Assembly: GCA_965218435.1 (NCBI GenBank)
Contig: CBDCKW010000009.1
Coordinates: 3,328,001-3,392,000, forward strand
Source: Truepera sp.
GTDB lineage: Bacteria; Deinococcota; Deinococci; Deinococcales; Trueperaceae
Length of the DNA stretch: 64,000 nucleotides
Direction: 5' to 3'
Below the pieces are notes generated by a model. It was not told the DNA's origin. It saw nothing but the letters and a program-made list of their open reading frames with translations, and did no database searches. Both the position numbers and the translations under genes were made by a program. Below are positions 10,298-20,175 of the stretch, piece after piece (position 1 is the first letter of the stretch; the number at the start of each line of letters is the position of its first letter).

Positions 10298-10533
10298 TGT
10301 TTGGACTTTTCGGTCGGCAAAAGAGTAAAGACAAGCTTAAAGAGCGGCTTAAACTCGTCTTATCGTATGACCGCTCAGGGCTAGCGCCGGGTAAGATGGA
10401 CGAGCTAAAAAACGAACTCTTAGAGGTGATCGGCAAGTATTTTCCAACCGACGAAAACACCTACGACGTATCACTAGAGCAGCAGGGCGACCGGATGGTG
10501 TTGGTCGCTAACTTACCGGCAAGGCAGGCGTAA
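10297..10533 (+). CDS. minE: Topological specificity factor MinE
   Basis: KERLKLVLSYDR and LVANLP motifs; coupled to minD (TGATG). Confidence 0.93.
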   Translation: MFGLFGRQKSKDKLKERLKLVLSYDRSGLAPGKMDELKNELLEVIGKYFPTDENTYDVSLEQQGDRMVLVANLPARQA

Positions 10534-10596
10534 ACGCTCGCCAATAGACGCTCGTAAACGTCATAGACGTAGCTTTACAAAACCACACGGCTAACG

Positions 10597-10631
10597 TGCC
10601 CCGTACAAGATTTCTGTGCGGGGTACATTTT
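10597..10631 (+). terminator. Probable intrinsic terminator after minDE
   Basis: GTGCCCCGTACA...TGTGCGGGGTAC stem followed by ATTTT. Confidence 0.55.
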
Positions 10632-10679
10632 GCACTCAGACTTTGGGTGCTAGACTAAACGACACGCAGGAGGTGCTAA

Positions 10680-11246
10680 GTGGACTATCAGTTGACCGGT
10701 CGTAACCTCGAGATTACCGACGCGATGCGCGCCCATACCGAGGAGAAGCTCGACAAGCTCAGCCGTTTTTCTGAGCACATCGTTGACGCAAAAATCACCA
10801 TGAGTTACGCCATGGACGGCAACGCGGCGCTCCCGGCCAAGGTCGAGATGCAGCTCAATTTGCCGCACGGTATCGTCCGGGCTGAAGAGAACGGCGCGGA
10901 TACCTATATGGCGACCGATACGGCGGTCGAGAAGCTCGAGCGTCAACTCAAACGCTTTAAGGAACGCAAGCTCACCAAAAGGACAAACGACGCGACACTT
11001 AGAGAGTTCGAAGCTTCCTCGGATGACCTGACCCCACTGGATACGTCTCCTGAACCGGAGCCTGACGAAGGTGAAATTGTTCGGGTCAAACGCCACGTGA
11101 TGCGCCCGATGTCACCTGAAGACGCCGCCATGCAGATGGAGGCGCTCGGTCACAGCTTTTTTGTATTTCGCAACATGGAAACTGAAGAGATCAACGTGAT
11201 TTATCTGCGTGACGATAGTGACTACGGGCTGATTGAACCTGCTTAA
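10680..11246 (+). CDS. hpf: Long ribosome hibernation promoting factor (HPF)
   Basis: TGRNLEITDAMR, KLERQLKRFK and C-terminal PMSPEDAAMQMEALGHSFFVF; AGGAGGT SD. Confidence 0.93.
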   Translation: MDYQLTGRNLEITDAMRAHTEEKLDKLSRFSEHIVDAKITMSYAMDGNAALPAKVEMQLNLPHGIVRAEENGADTYMATDTAVEKLERQLKRFKERKLTKRTNDATLREFEASSDDLTPLDTSPEPEPDEGEIVRVKRHVMRPMSPEDAAMQMEALGHSFFVFRNMETEEINVIYLRDDSDYGLIEPA

Positions 11247-11275
11247 CCGGTGAAAGAAGTAAGCGTCAAGGCTTA

Positions 11276-11309
11276 AACGGCGTGCTACCAGTAGAAGTGG
11301 CACGCCGTT
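11276..11309. terminator. Hairpin terminator between convergent genes
   Basis: AACGGCGTGCTAC-N8-GTGGCACGCCGTT. Confidence 0.6.
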
Positions 11310-11487
11310 AATTACCTATTAAATCTTCTGCGAAATAGTGAGAAAAACGGCTACTTTCTTCGTTTAGGACAAGACAGCTAGCCCCGCGAGCCTCACAGGC
11401 AGATGTTTGCTGTTCAGCACGCTATAAAACATGCTTTGTGGGCTTATTACGCAGAACATTTATTAAGACCCTAAGATAACTCACACC

Positions 11488-12150
11488 CTACTCTCGAGGG
11501 ACAGCCTCGAGCCCTTGCCGCAGTTTAAGTACGGTGTCCGCCGGATAGAGGCCACGCAGCATCGAGCCGTGATACGCCACTGTGCGCGGCCCGATCACCG
11601 TGCCGGGGCCGGTTACACTGTTACACCCGAGCGATACCCTGTCACCGAGGGCTGCGCCGAATTTGCGTAATCCTGTGTCTATGCCAGCAACCTTGACCGT
11701 TCCGGAGAGCGTGCGAAAATTGGCGAGTTTAACTCCAGCCCCTAAATTAACCCCGCTTCCGAGTACCGAATCGCCGACATAATTAAAGTGTGGCGCAGCC
11801 GCACCGGGCAAAAAGAGCGAACGTTTGACTTCCGTCGCGTGACCGACTTTGGCTTTAGCTAAGAGAACGACGTTACCGCGCAGATAGGCGCTGTGACCAA
11901 CGGCAGCCCCCTCACCGAGCCACGCCGGGCCTTCGATAAAGGCGCACGGCCCAACCTTAGCGCCTGCAGCAACAAAGACATTACCCGTCAGCACCGCTGT
12001 AGGATGAACCTCACCGAGGATTTGTGCGGGGATGTCTGCAGCAAACGCGTCGAGCCGCGCAAGGATTTCCCAGGGAAACTCAGTCTCTAACAAACGCTGC
12101 AACTCCGGGGGCAGCCTCGGCGCATCAAATAGTTGAGCTGTAGTGAGCAT
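11488..12150 (-). CDS. Hexapeptide-repeat (LbH) acyltransferase resembling the GlmU C-terminal domain
   Basis: PHFNYVGDSVLG, NLGAG, RKFGAALGD. ATG 12150 lies 5 nt after a TAAGAT -10. Confidence 0.8.
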   Translation of the reverse strand: MLTTAQLFDAPRLPPELQRLLETEFPWEILARLDAFAADIPAQILGEVHPTAVLTGNVFVAAGAKVGPCAFIEGPAWLGEGAAVGHSAYLRGNVVLLAKAKVGHATEVKRSLFLPGAAAPHFNYVGDSVLGSGVNLGAGVKLANFRTLSGTVKVAGIDTGLRKFGAALGDRVSLGCNSVTGPGTVIGPRTVAYHGSMLRGLYPADTVLKLRQGLEAVPRE

Positions 12151-12273
12151 GAAGCATCTTACCGTGTGTAGTTTAGAGTCGCTGTGCGTGTCCCAAAGCG
12201 TCTTAAAACAGAGGTACAAGCAAAGAGGGAGCCCCGCAGGACTCCCCCGAGTTTAACGATTCGCTCTACGCGT

Positions 12274-15207
12274 TTAGAAGTTAACCGTGTAGAGGATTGA
12301 GAAGGCTTGACCACCGGTTGCGCCGCCTGCAGCAGGACCGTTAGTATCGCTGACATACGCGCCGTAACCAAACTCGAGGCCGTAGTAGTTATACACAACT
12401 TCGTAGCCGCTCGTGACCTGCACAGTCCCGGCGTTGTACGAGTCCCCATCCGAGATGTCGCTGGCAAAGTCGTCGGAGCCGTTAACGTTCGGGTTGTTCT
12501 GGATGTTGGTGCCGGCATACGAACCGTAACGAACACCCAGGGTGCTGTTGTCGAGCAAGAACCGGTTGAAGTTAATGCCGACCGAGTACTGAATTGAGTT
12601 CGCCACGTAGTCCGGTACGTCAGCGGAAACGTCGCTGTGAACAGCGTTACGGTAGTTGACGTTGGCGGCAAGGCTGGGCTGGAGCAATATGTCGAGCGGT
12701 GTGGTCGAGATACCCGTACCAGCTTCGATCGAGTTGACGTCGTCGGAAAACTCGAGGTTGATGTTATCAACTTTTTGGTTGACGTAAGGCGAAACCGTAA
12801 TCCCAGCAATCGTGGTTTCGGCGTTAACGGTAGCCGCTGTAAGCCTATTGGCAGTAAAGCTGTACGCAACGTCAAAGTCAACACCGGGGAGGAGCGCGTC
12901 TTCAGCCTTGCCGTCTTGCCGCACGCCTACACCCAAACCGGCAACGTATTCAGTGTTGCGGTCAGCGGTATCGAGCAGCTGAACGGGCGTCCCATCAAGC
13001 GTGACATAGTTGTAGAAACCGTAGACCTCGATGGCACGGTAGAGCGTTGCGCCGAGTTCGATGCCGTAAGCGGCAACTTCGTTGCCGGTAACTGGTGGCC
13101 TACCGGCAAGTCCGGGTTCGGTCGCGTCTTCAGCAATGGTATACGTGTCGTAGAAACCGGTCAGGTTAAAGATGGACAGACCGACAGTCGCAGAAGCACC
13201 GTAACCTTTTTGGTCGGTTTTCCACGGGTAGGTGTCTTTGTCATACTTGATGCCGTACCAGTATTTGGGAATATCACGGTAGTTAGCTGTAAGGGTACGG
13301 AGGAGCGGAATGCCAGCGGCTTCGGTATCGACGTTGAGCTCACCGTAGACGAGGGTGCTGTCGAAGTCCGAACCGTCAACAACGACAGGCACACGGTCAG
13401 CCGAAGCAACGACTGCACCGGTGGTGTCGATATAGTCGCCAGCGGCGTTCTCGAGGTAATCATTTTTAGTCTGGAAGTAAACGCCGTCGCTGATTTGGTT
13501 GGTGGCGTACTCAAAGGTGACATTAAAGATGCTCAGGTTGACGTCGCCGTTAAGCCCGTAGACGGTAATGTCGGCGTTGGGACCGACACCTGGAAATCTA
13601 GGATCAACAGCCGTAGCAGCGTCGGCATTGTCAGCCGCGTTACCTGAAAGCTGCGCGACCGAGAAACCACCTGTCGCCGAGAAGCCCTCACCCGAGAAGG
13701 GCGTGAGCGTGCCGTGGATACCACGGTAGTAGGCGTCAGCAAAGGGGTTCGCAATAGGCGCACCAGGAGCGTCGCCGAGCGAAAGCGTGTCTTTACCGTT
13801 GTTCGGCAGCTCGATGGTATCGTCCTGGACGTCGCCACCGTTGGCAAAGGTACCGTAAGCAATTTGCAGTGTCGGTTGCAAGAACGCTAAGAATTCAGGC
13901 GTCCCGATGTCAACCCGGAAACCCGGCCCGATAGACTCGAACACGTAGTCGGTAAACGACGCGCCCGGTTTTTCACCGTAGTAGAAGTTGATCGGATCAG
14001 CGCCTATAGGCCCGAGCGTCGCCTCGAACGATTTGAACTCGAAAGCGTAACCGGTATAGTAGTTGCCGTCATCCGCGACGGTACCCGCGTCAATATCAAC
14101 GCCATCTTTAAGGATTTGGCTTTTGCGTAGTTCTAAGGCAACCGACGAGTCGAAGCTATTAAGACCCGATTCCGGCGCGATCCCGCGCGACTGCGAGAAG
14201 TTGATGTTCAGGGTTAGTTCTGGCTGAAAGTCACCCGTCGAGAAGTCAATGTCTTGGCGGTCTTGTGGGACTTCACCGGGGTCTTTTTCGTCGCCGTCGT
14301 CGTTAAGGTCTTCAGAAGCTGTAGCGAAATCGCCGGAGAAGATCGTGCCGGGTTGTTCACGCTTCTGGCCGACGCCGAAGATACGGTCAACGTCGAACGG
14401 CACACTGGCACCGCTGAGACGGCTGAGCTGGTACTTAAGGCCAATCGAACCGGTAAAGGCGAGGCCAGCTTTCTCCAAAGCCGTGACGCGTTTGTCTACA
14501 TCGTCTAAACGAGCGTTTTGTGCGGTGTCACTTTCTTCAATCGTCGCTACGCGCTCGGTCAAGCCCGCTTGGTTGCGGCGCAAGAGCACCACGAATTCGC
14601 GCAAATTGGCGATGTCCGAGGTGTTCTGAGTGATGTCATCTAAAAATGACGTATCGGCCTGACCCGAGGTAGCTCCGGCGATGTCGTCGTTAAGAATCTT
14701 AACGAGGTCGTTGAGCTGGCTGATCTGGTCGGTGTTCGACTGGACTTGTTGCGTGAGGCCAGCGGCAGCGGTTTGCGCGGCGTTAAGCGTATCGAGTTCA
14801 ACGGTCAGCGCGTCGAGTTGGGACTGAAGCTGCTCGACAGCGGCGGGATCAGCACCCTGAGAGCTGTTAATGGCGCTCTGCAAATCTTTGACGGACTGCT
14901 GATTGGCAGCGACGTCGCTGGCGAGTTCTTGCACGGCGTTACGGAGCGTATCGAGGTCGGCGCTGGTGAGCATTTCACCTTGCACGGTGTCGAGCAAGCG
15001 GGAGACGACGAGCGCGGCCTGGTAACGGGTAAACGCTTCGTTACCACGGAAGGTACCGTCGGGAAAGCCGATCACGATGCCTAAGTCGGCAAGGCGTGAC
15101 ACGGCCTCGGCAGCGTAAGAGTCCGACGGAACGTCCGGGAAGCTCTGCGCCGCTGCGACGCCGCCAACGGCAGTCGAGGCTAGGAGGGCGAGTAGGATTT
15201 TTTTCAT
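12274..15207 (-). CDS. slpA: S-layer / outer-membrane protein SlpA (signal peptide, SLH, coiled coil, beta-barrel)
   Basis: MKKILL...AAA signal peptide, SLH (FPDVP...GFPDGTFRG...TRYQ), heptad coiled coil, Asp-rich beta-strand region ending in YTVNF. Confidence 0.85.
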   Translation of the reverse strand: MKKILLALLASTAVGGVAAAQSFPDVPSDSYAAEAVSRLADLGIVIGFPDGTFRGNEAFTRYQAALVVSRLLDTVQGEMLTSADLDTLRNAVQELASDVAANQQSVKDLQSAINSSQGADPAAVEQLQSQLDALTVELDTLNAAQTAAAGLTQQVQSNTDQISQLNDLVKILNDDIAGATSGQADTSFLDDITQNTSDIANLREFVVLLRRNQAGLTERVATIEESDTAQNARLDDVDKRVTALEKAGLAFTGSIGLKYQLSRLSGASVPFDVDRIFGVGQKREQPGTIFSGDFATASEDLNDDGDEKDPGEVPQDRQDIDFSTGDFQPELTLNINFSQSRGIAPESGLNSFDSSVALELRKSQILKDGVDIDAGTVADDGNYYTGYAFEFKSFEATLGPIGADPINFYYGEKPGASFTDYVFESIGPGFRVDIGTPEFLAFLQPTLQIAYGTFANGGDVQDDTIELPNNGKDTLSLGDAPGAPIANPFADAYYRGIHGTLTPFSGEGFSATGGFSVAQLSGNAADNADAATAVDPRFPGVGPNADITVYGLNGDVNLSIFNVTFEYATNQISDGVYFQTKNDYLENAAGDYIDTTGAVVASADRVPVVVDGSDFDSTLVYGELNVDTEAAGIPLLRTLTANYRDIPKYWYGIKYDKDTYPWKTDQKGYGASATVGLSIFNLTGFYDTYTIAEDATEPGLAGRPPVTGNEVAAYGIELGATLYRAIEVYGFYNYVTLDGTPVQLLDTADRNTEYVAGLGVGVRQDGKAEDALLPGVDFDVAYSFTANRLTAATVNAETTIAGITVSPYVNQKVDNINLEFSDDVNSIEAGTGISTTPLDILLQPSLAANVNYRNAVHSDVSADVPDYVANSIQYSVGINFNRFLLDNSTLGVRYGSYAGTNIQNNPNVNGSDDFASDISDGDSYNAGTVQVTSGYEVVYNYYGLEFGYGAYVSDTNGPAAGGATGGQAFSILYTVNF

Positions 15208-15404
15208 ATAAAGTGTACCCCTTGAACGTGGTGTAGCTGGCGTCAGTGGGCGGTAAGAAAACGGGCGTAACAAGAGTTTCCGAGTTTCCTCATCGTTACG
15301 CTCTGTTAGAAAACGTTGCGCACTGGGATTTAGGGTCTTTTCAGGCCGGTTCAAGTGGTTGTCACCTCCTTTCGCTGCGACCTTTAGGACATAAATCCAC
15401 AGGC

Positions 15405-15434
15405 AGTATTCCATAAGCTTTAGGTGAGTGTCAA
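15405..15434 (-). promoter_or_regulatory. Sigma-A-like promoter of slpA
   Basis: TTGACA (15434-15429), N18, AATACT (15410-15405), with TG just upstream of the -10. Confidence 0.55.
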
Positions 15435-15829
15435 ACCAGGTCAGCCGTTCGTAAAAAGCTTACCAGCCGCCGCTTTAACATGAGAAATGCGCTCTAGCAC
15501 ACCTTTTTTAACAATTCTGGAGAGATGAGAAAGCGTTGCTCGAGCTGAGCGCAGCCGTTTTTACATATCACCGGCGAAATTTGTTTGTTACGTGCCACAC
15601 GGCACTTACGCAACTTACACACGATTCTTATAAGGCGTTTTATGCTCTGTGCTGAGCCGAGAGGGGCTGTCAGCGTCGTAGGCTGAGCTATAACACAGGG
15701 CTTGACTCATTGGCAACAGCTTGGACTTGTGTGAGAAAGTATAAAGTACACAGCTTGCCCAGGGAAATCTATCTGGGGGCTCGAGGTTGAGCACCGGTCA
15801 TAAGGTTGAGCACAAGGTTAAGATGAAGC

Positions 15830-16726
15830 ATGACACGACCACATGTTGCGGCGGCGGACGCTCTCTTGGGACGCGAGTTTCGCGTGCTGAACAAGGGTTT
15901 TGTACGGCTGGTGGATTATCTGGGGGGCGACGCCCGCATCGTGCAAGCGGCGCGGGTCTCGTATCAAGAGGGTACCAAGTCGGTTCGTGAAGACGGCGCA
16001 CTGATTGATTACTTAGTGCGGCACAAACACACGTCACCTTTGGAGCAGGTCGTCCTGACCTTTCACCTCAAAATGCCGATCTTTGTCGCGCGGCAGTGGC
16101 TCCGGCACCGCACCGCGCGGCTCAACGAGATTTCCGGGCGGTACAGCGTGATGCGAGACGAGTTTTATCTGCCCGATGAGGCGCAGGTGCGGCGGCAGAG
16201 TGAGGCGAATAAACAGGGGCGCAGCAACGAAGAGGTACCCGCCGAACTGCAAGCGAAAACCTTGGAGTTGCTCCAGAGCGGTCAGCAAGGTGCGTACACG
16301 GCGTATCAAGAATTGCTCGACGAAGACGTGGCACGCGAACTCGCCCGGATCAACCTACCGCTGAGTCTTTACACCGAGATGTACTGGCAGATTGACCTGC
16401 ACAACTTGTTTCACTTTTTACGGCTTCGGCTCGACGCGCACGCACAGTACGAAATCCGGGTGTACGGCGAAGCGATGGCCGAAATCGCCCGCGCCGTCGC
16501 GCCGCTCGCGTACCGGGCGTTTGAAGAGCACAGCTTATACGCCAAGACGTTTTCATGGTCTGAAATGGCGCTATTACTCCAAGCAGTGGACAGAGAGGCG
16601 CTGGAGCGAGTCCTAGAGGACAGCGACCTGAGAAAGACGCGGCAGCGTGAGCTGTTAGACAAGTTGAGCATCACCGAGAAAACACCGCTTTACGAACCGG
16701 AAGCAAAAGAAAAGACCCCGGCCTAG
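15830..16726 (+). CDS. thyX: FAD-dependent thymidylate synthase ThyX
   Basis: QAARVSY, HTSPLE, RQWLRHR...NEISGRY, HAQYEIR. Confidence 0.95.
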   Translation: MTRPHVAAADALLGREFRVLNKGFVRLVDYLGGDARIVQAARVSYQEGTKSVREDGALIDYLVRHKHTSPLEQVVLTFHLKMPIFVARQWLRHRTARLNEISGRYSVMRDEFYLPDEAQVRRQSEANKQGRSNEEVPAELQAKTLELLQSGQQGAYTAYQELLDEDVARELARINLPLSLYTEMYWQIDLHNLFHFLRLRLDAHAQYEIRVYGEAMAEIARAVAPLAYRAFEEHSLYAKTFSWSEMALLLQAVDREALERVLEDSDLRKTRQRELLDKLSITEKTPLYEPEAKEKTPA

Positions 16727-16737
16727 TTCGCTGAGCT

Positions 16738-17193
16738 GTGAAGTACCAAATTGTTGCGATTGGCAGGCTCAAACGTGGGTTTTTGCAAACGGGCTGTGAG
16801 CATTTTTTGGCGCGGCTCGTACCCTACGCTAAAGTTGCGGTGCTCGAGCTCAAAGAGGGACGCGGTGATCCGGCTGAAGTTACCGAACAGGAGGGTGCGG
16901 CGCTCCTTAAGGCGGCGAACGGCTACCTTATCGCACTCGATGAAGGCGGACAAGAACACACCTCGGCGGCTTGGGCGGCGCACATCAGCGAGTTGGAGGT
17001 CCGCTCAGTCGGTCAGGTCAGCTTGTTGCTCGGCGGCGCAAATGGTCACAGCGGGGCGCTTAAAAACCAGTCCGATGAGCTGTGGAGCCTTTCTAAGCTG
17101 ACGTTGCCCCACGAGTTAGCGCGGCTCGTGCTGTTAGAGCAGCTTTACCGCGCGGAAACGATTCGCTCCGGGCACCCGTATCACCGGGAGTAG
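16738..17193 (+). CDS. rlmH: 23S rRNA m3-pseudouridine-1915 methyltransferase RlmH
   Basis: [39 protein letters not shown]. Confidence 0.95.
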   Translation: MKYQIVAIGRLKRGFLQTGCEHFLARLVPYAKVAVLELKEGRGDPAEVTEQEGAALLKAANGYLIALDEGGQEHTSAAWAAHISELEVRSVGQVSLLLGGANGHSGALKNQSDELWSLSKLTLPHELARLVLLEQLYRAETIRSGHPYHRE

Positions 17194-17229
17194 GCGGGGC
17201 GCAAGTGGCGGAGATTCCGGCAGTCTGTA

Positions 17230-17865
17230 TTAGGCTTGATTTATACGGGTCAGGTACGCCTCGGCTCGAGGCAGAAACCGTTTGAAAGCGGGGGTCTCGA
17301 GCCGCCTCAAAAAGTCCGTTTTGGCCAGATAAAAGACGTCCGATAAGATGCGCCCGACCGCCGGGTAGTCTTCATCTATCTCACCCACATGCTGAAACCC
17401 TGTTACGCTTAAGAAGGGTAGAACGGCACGGTTATGAAATGGCCGCCGCACAACCGTCGTCAGTACGCCGCCATGCTGCTCGAGCGCATACTGAACGCTC
17501 AAAAACGATACATACTTGGCGTAGGTGCGTCCCGGCCTACCCGGTAAAAAGGCGAGCTGTTCAAAGTACGCCAGCCTAGAGGCGAACGCCAAATCCGGCA
17601 CGCTGAACCGAACCGCTTCTCGCTTGCGCCAGACCTCGCTCTTTGCAAACGTCTCGTAGGCGAGCACAACCGCAAAACCGGCGATACCCGCGGCGTCTTC
17701 GGCAACCAGTACCCAATCATGCATGATAAAGTACTGATACTGCTCGAGTGAAGTCCCTAATAAAAAGCCGCCTTGCTGGGGTTGTTCGTTTGGAGACAAG
17801 CGTAAAACGTGTTTAACAGCTAGCAGAGCGGGCGCATCTTCGGCCCGTGCACGGCGCAAAAGCAC
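17230..17865 (-). CDS. GNAT-fold protein
   Basis: N-terminal LRRARAEDAPAL, VLVAEDAAGIAGF and C-terminal N..AV.F....GF pattern. Confidence 0.6.
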   Translation of the reverse strand: MLLRRARAEDAPALLAVKHVLRLSPNEQPQQGGFLLGTSLEQYQYFIMHDWVLVAEDAAGIAGFAVVLAYETFAKSEVWRKREAVRFSVPDLAFASRLAYFEQLAFLPGRPGRTYAKYVSFLSVQYALEQHGGVLTTVVRRPFHNRAVLPFLSVTGFQHVGEIDEDYPAVGRILSDVFYLAKTDFLRRLETPAFKRFLPRAEAYLTRINQA

Positions 17866-17868
17866 GCG

Positions 17869-18845
17869 CTAATCTTCCCACCGCACGAAAAGCTGTGGTG
17901 TCGGATTTTCATCTTTGTCATAAACGATAGTCGGCCCCCGAAACTGATTAAGTATCGCCCGCCAAAAACTTTTAACGTCTTGGTTACGAGAAAATAGTTG
18001 GGGTAACTCCTGCCGCTTTTCAGGTAAGTCGTACCAAGGAATGGTCGGTTTCATATGATGGGTTGCATGTTCGTTGAAATTAAGTAGCAACCACGAAAAA
18101 AACGGATGCTGGTGCAACGCTCGCACGTTGTAGCGCGTTTGTGCGCCGATAGTAGTGTGATAGTGAAAAATATAAACCAAAAGCGACCATATCCAGCGAA
18201 AGCTAAGAGCGGGTAAAAGAGCGCGTAGAGCCATACCTGCACTCCCAAAACCCACCAGACGGCAGCGTGAAACGCGAGGCAGGAGGCGTACTGCTGCCAA
18301 GCCGTCAGCCGGTCACGGTCAGTCCAACCGGAGAACGCTGGCGAGATTTTTTGGGCTTGCCGGGTCGGGAGAAAGAGAAAGATCAAAATCGAAACGAGTG
18401 AATGGAGAAAGTAGCCGCCCGCGAACACTCCCAAGTACCAGAGCAGATAGTAGTAGACGCGGCGGATAGGCGTAACAGGATAACGCGAGACGAACACGTC
18501 GAGCGCGGCGGTGTGATGGTCTTTACGGTTTGAACCGTGATGGAAATAGTGGACTTTACGGTAGATGATAACCGGCACCAACAAGGGCAAGAGCACAGCT
18601 TGACCGAGTAGATCATTGAGCCGCCGGTTTTCCGGCACTAACTTTTTATGCGCCGCTTCGTGACCGACGATATAGATGCGGTCAAGCCAGAGTCCTTGAA
18701 AAAGTAGGACGGGAAGGTAAAAGAGGTAAAACCAGCCGCCCAGCTCAGCATGTGCCAAAAAGACGGCGAGCGTGGCCAGAGCAGCGAAAACAAAGACTGT
18801 TTCAGCGATAAGAGAGGTTGTGACCCGACGGTGCATTTGGCTCAA
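17869..18845 (-). pseudogene. Membrane fatty-acid desaturase family gene split by a 1-bp frameshift near 18196
   Basis: His boxes HEAAH and HYFHH are in ORF 18051-18845, while the third (EHATHH) is in overlapping ORF 17869-18300. Junction reads TTC GC TGG ATA TGG. Confidence 0.8.
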
Positions 18846-18897
18846 GGCGCAACCCTCCTAACAAGATGTAACGCCGAATGTAACACGGTTTTCAGAC

Positions 18898-18925
18898 CTT
18901 AAGCTGAAAAAACCTTCAGCTTAAG
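18898..18925. terminator. Perfect 11-bp inverted repeat (terminator or operator) between the DUF59 and desaturase genes
   Basis: CTTAAGCTGAA-N6-TTCAGCTTAAG. Confidence 0.5.
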
Positions 18926-18948
18926 AAAGGGTTAAACGAAACCTATCC

Positions 18949-19434
18949 TTACAGGTTAAAGCCGAACATCCGCATCTGCTTTTTACCGTCTTCGCTCATT
19001 TTGGCGGGGCTCCACGGCGGCGACCAGACGAACTCGACCGTGACTTTTTTCACGCCTTCGACCTGCATACACGCGAGTTCGGCGTCAGCTTGGATCATGT
19101 CTTGGACGGGGCAGCCCATACTCGTCAGGGTCATATCAATATCAACTTCACCACCGGTTTTGATAGCTACGTTATAGATCAGCCCTAAATCTACGACGTT
19201 GACCGGGATTTCCGGGTCTTTGACGACTTTAAGCGCTTCTAAAAGTGCCTCTTTGCTCGGTAGGTCGTCAGACGCGGGCGCTTCTATCGCAGTGTCTACA
19301 GTTGCAACGTCTGCGTTTGCAGTTTGGACATTTTCAACTTCTGTTTCAACATCTCTACGGGTTGCGTCTTTCTCTGACGGCGTGGCGTTAGGATCGGTTA
19401 CGTCCGTGTCTGCCTTGGCGGTGGGGTCACTCAT
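18949..19434 (-). CDS. DUF59 / SufT-like Fe-S cluster assembly factor
   Basis: DPEIPVNVVDLGLIY, MTLTSMGCP, VWSPPWSP; acidic N-terminal extension. Confidence 0.9.
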   Translation of the reverse strand: MSDPTAKADTDVTDPNATPSEKDATRRDVETEVENVQTANADVATVDTAIEAPASDDLPSKEALLEALKVVKDPEIPVNVVDLGLIYNVAIKTGGEVDIDMTLTSMGCPVQDMIQADAELACMQVEGVKKVTVEFVWSPPWSPAKMSEDGKKQMRMFGFNL

Positions 19435-19457
19435 ACCTTTAAGCGTAGCAGATACCG

Positions 19458-19973
19458 CTAAGGGCGTTCGTTTTCTGCGCGGGGTGCGGGCAGGCTGCGG
19501 CGGATTGAGCTTTCGATCTGCTCTAAGTCGGTAGTAAGTTCGCGGCGGATGCTGAGGACGTGTTCCTCGAGCCGTTCGGCCTGCGCCTTTTCGCCCGTCT
19601 CGAGGCGGGTGTAGTGTTCAGAGAGGGTGCTGCGGAGATTGGTTTCCAAAGTACCGAACCGCTCACCGAGGCGAGTCTCGAGCGTTTCTAACTCAGCTAA
19701 GCGTTTTTGCTGCACCAGCGCACGTTCATGCTCTAGTTCGGTCTCGAGATGCGACAGCTGCCGGAGCTGCCCGGCGCGGCGAAACAGTGAGATGAGCAAA
19801 AAGCCGAAGCTGAGCACCAAAGTAAACCCAACCAGTATCAGACCCAGCGGCGCACGCACCGTAAAGAACACCAGGTTGAGCGGCAACCTGACCGATAGCG
19901 GCCCCAAGTTGAGCAGCGTAAAAAGCACGACTAAAATAACGACCAGGGTAACGATAATGCCCCGTGAACGCAT
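19458..19973 (-). CDS. LapA (DUF1049)-like membrane protein with coiled coil
   Basis: Two TM helices (FTLLN...V.L.L....APLGLIL) followed by a coiled coil. Confidence 0.65.
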   Translation of the reverse strand: MRSRGIIVTLVVILVVLFTLLNLGPLSVRLPLNLVFFTVRAPLGLILVGFTLVLSFGFLLISLFRRAGQLRQLSHLETELEHERALVQQKRLAELETLETRLGERFGTLETNLRSTLSEHYTRLETGEKAQAERLEEHVLSIRRELTTDLEQIESSIRRSLPAPRAENERP

Positions 19974-20175
19974 CCAGACCTCCTACTATCCCAGTATGCC
20001 CCAGTGCCGGAGCTGTGGTTTATGCTACCGTGTCCAGCGGCGCAGCCAGCCGGGGCGTATTTGGAAACTGACTGCTAAAAGCGGCCGGTTACCCGAGACA
20101 GGTCAAGTGCTGTATCAGCGCACACTGTAGCCGCGTATGTATCAGCGCGTACTATAGTCGGGTAACGTATCGGCC

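Noticed and set aside
12159..15084. Long antisense and alternative-frame ORFs over slpA (e.g. 12637-13647)
   Set aside because: Shadow ORFs caused by biased codon usage; no motifs.
20111..20164. 27-bp repeat pair as a possible CRISPR remnant
   Set aside because: Two adjacent imperfect copies with no spacer and no cas genes; no CRISPR array anywhere in the window.
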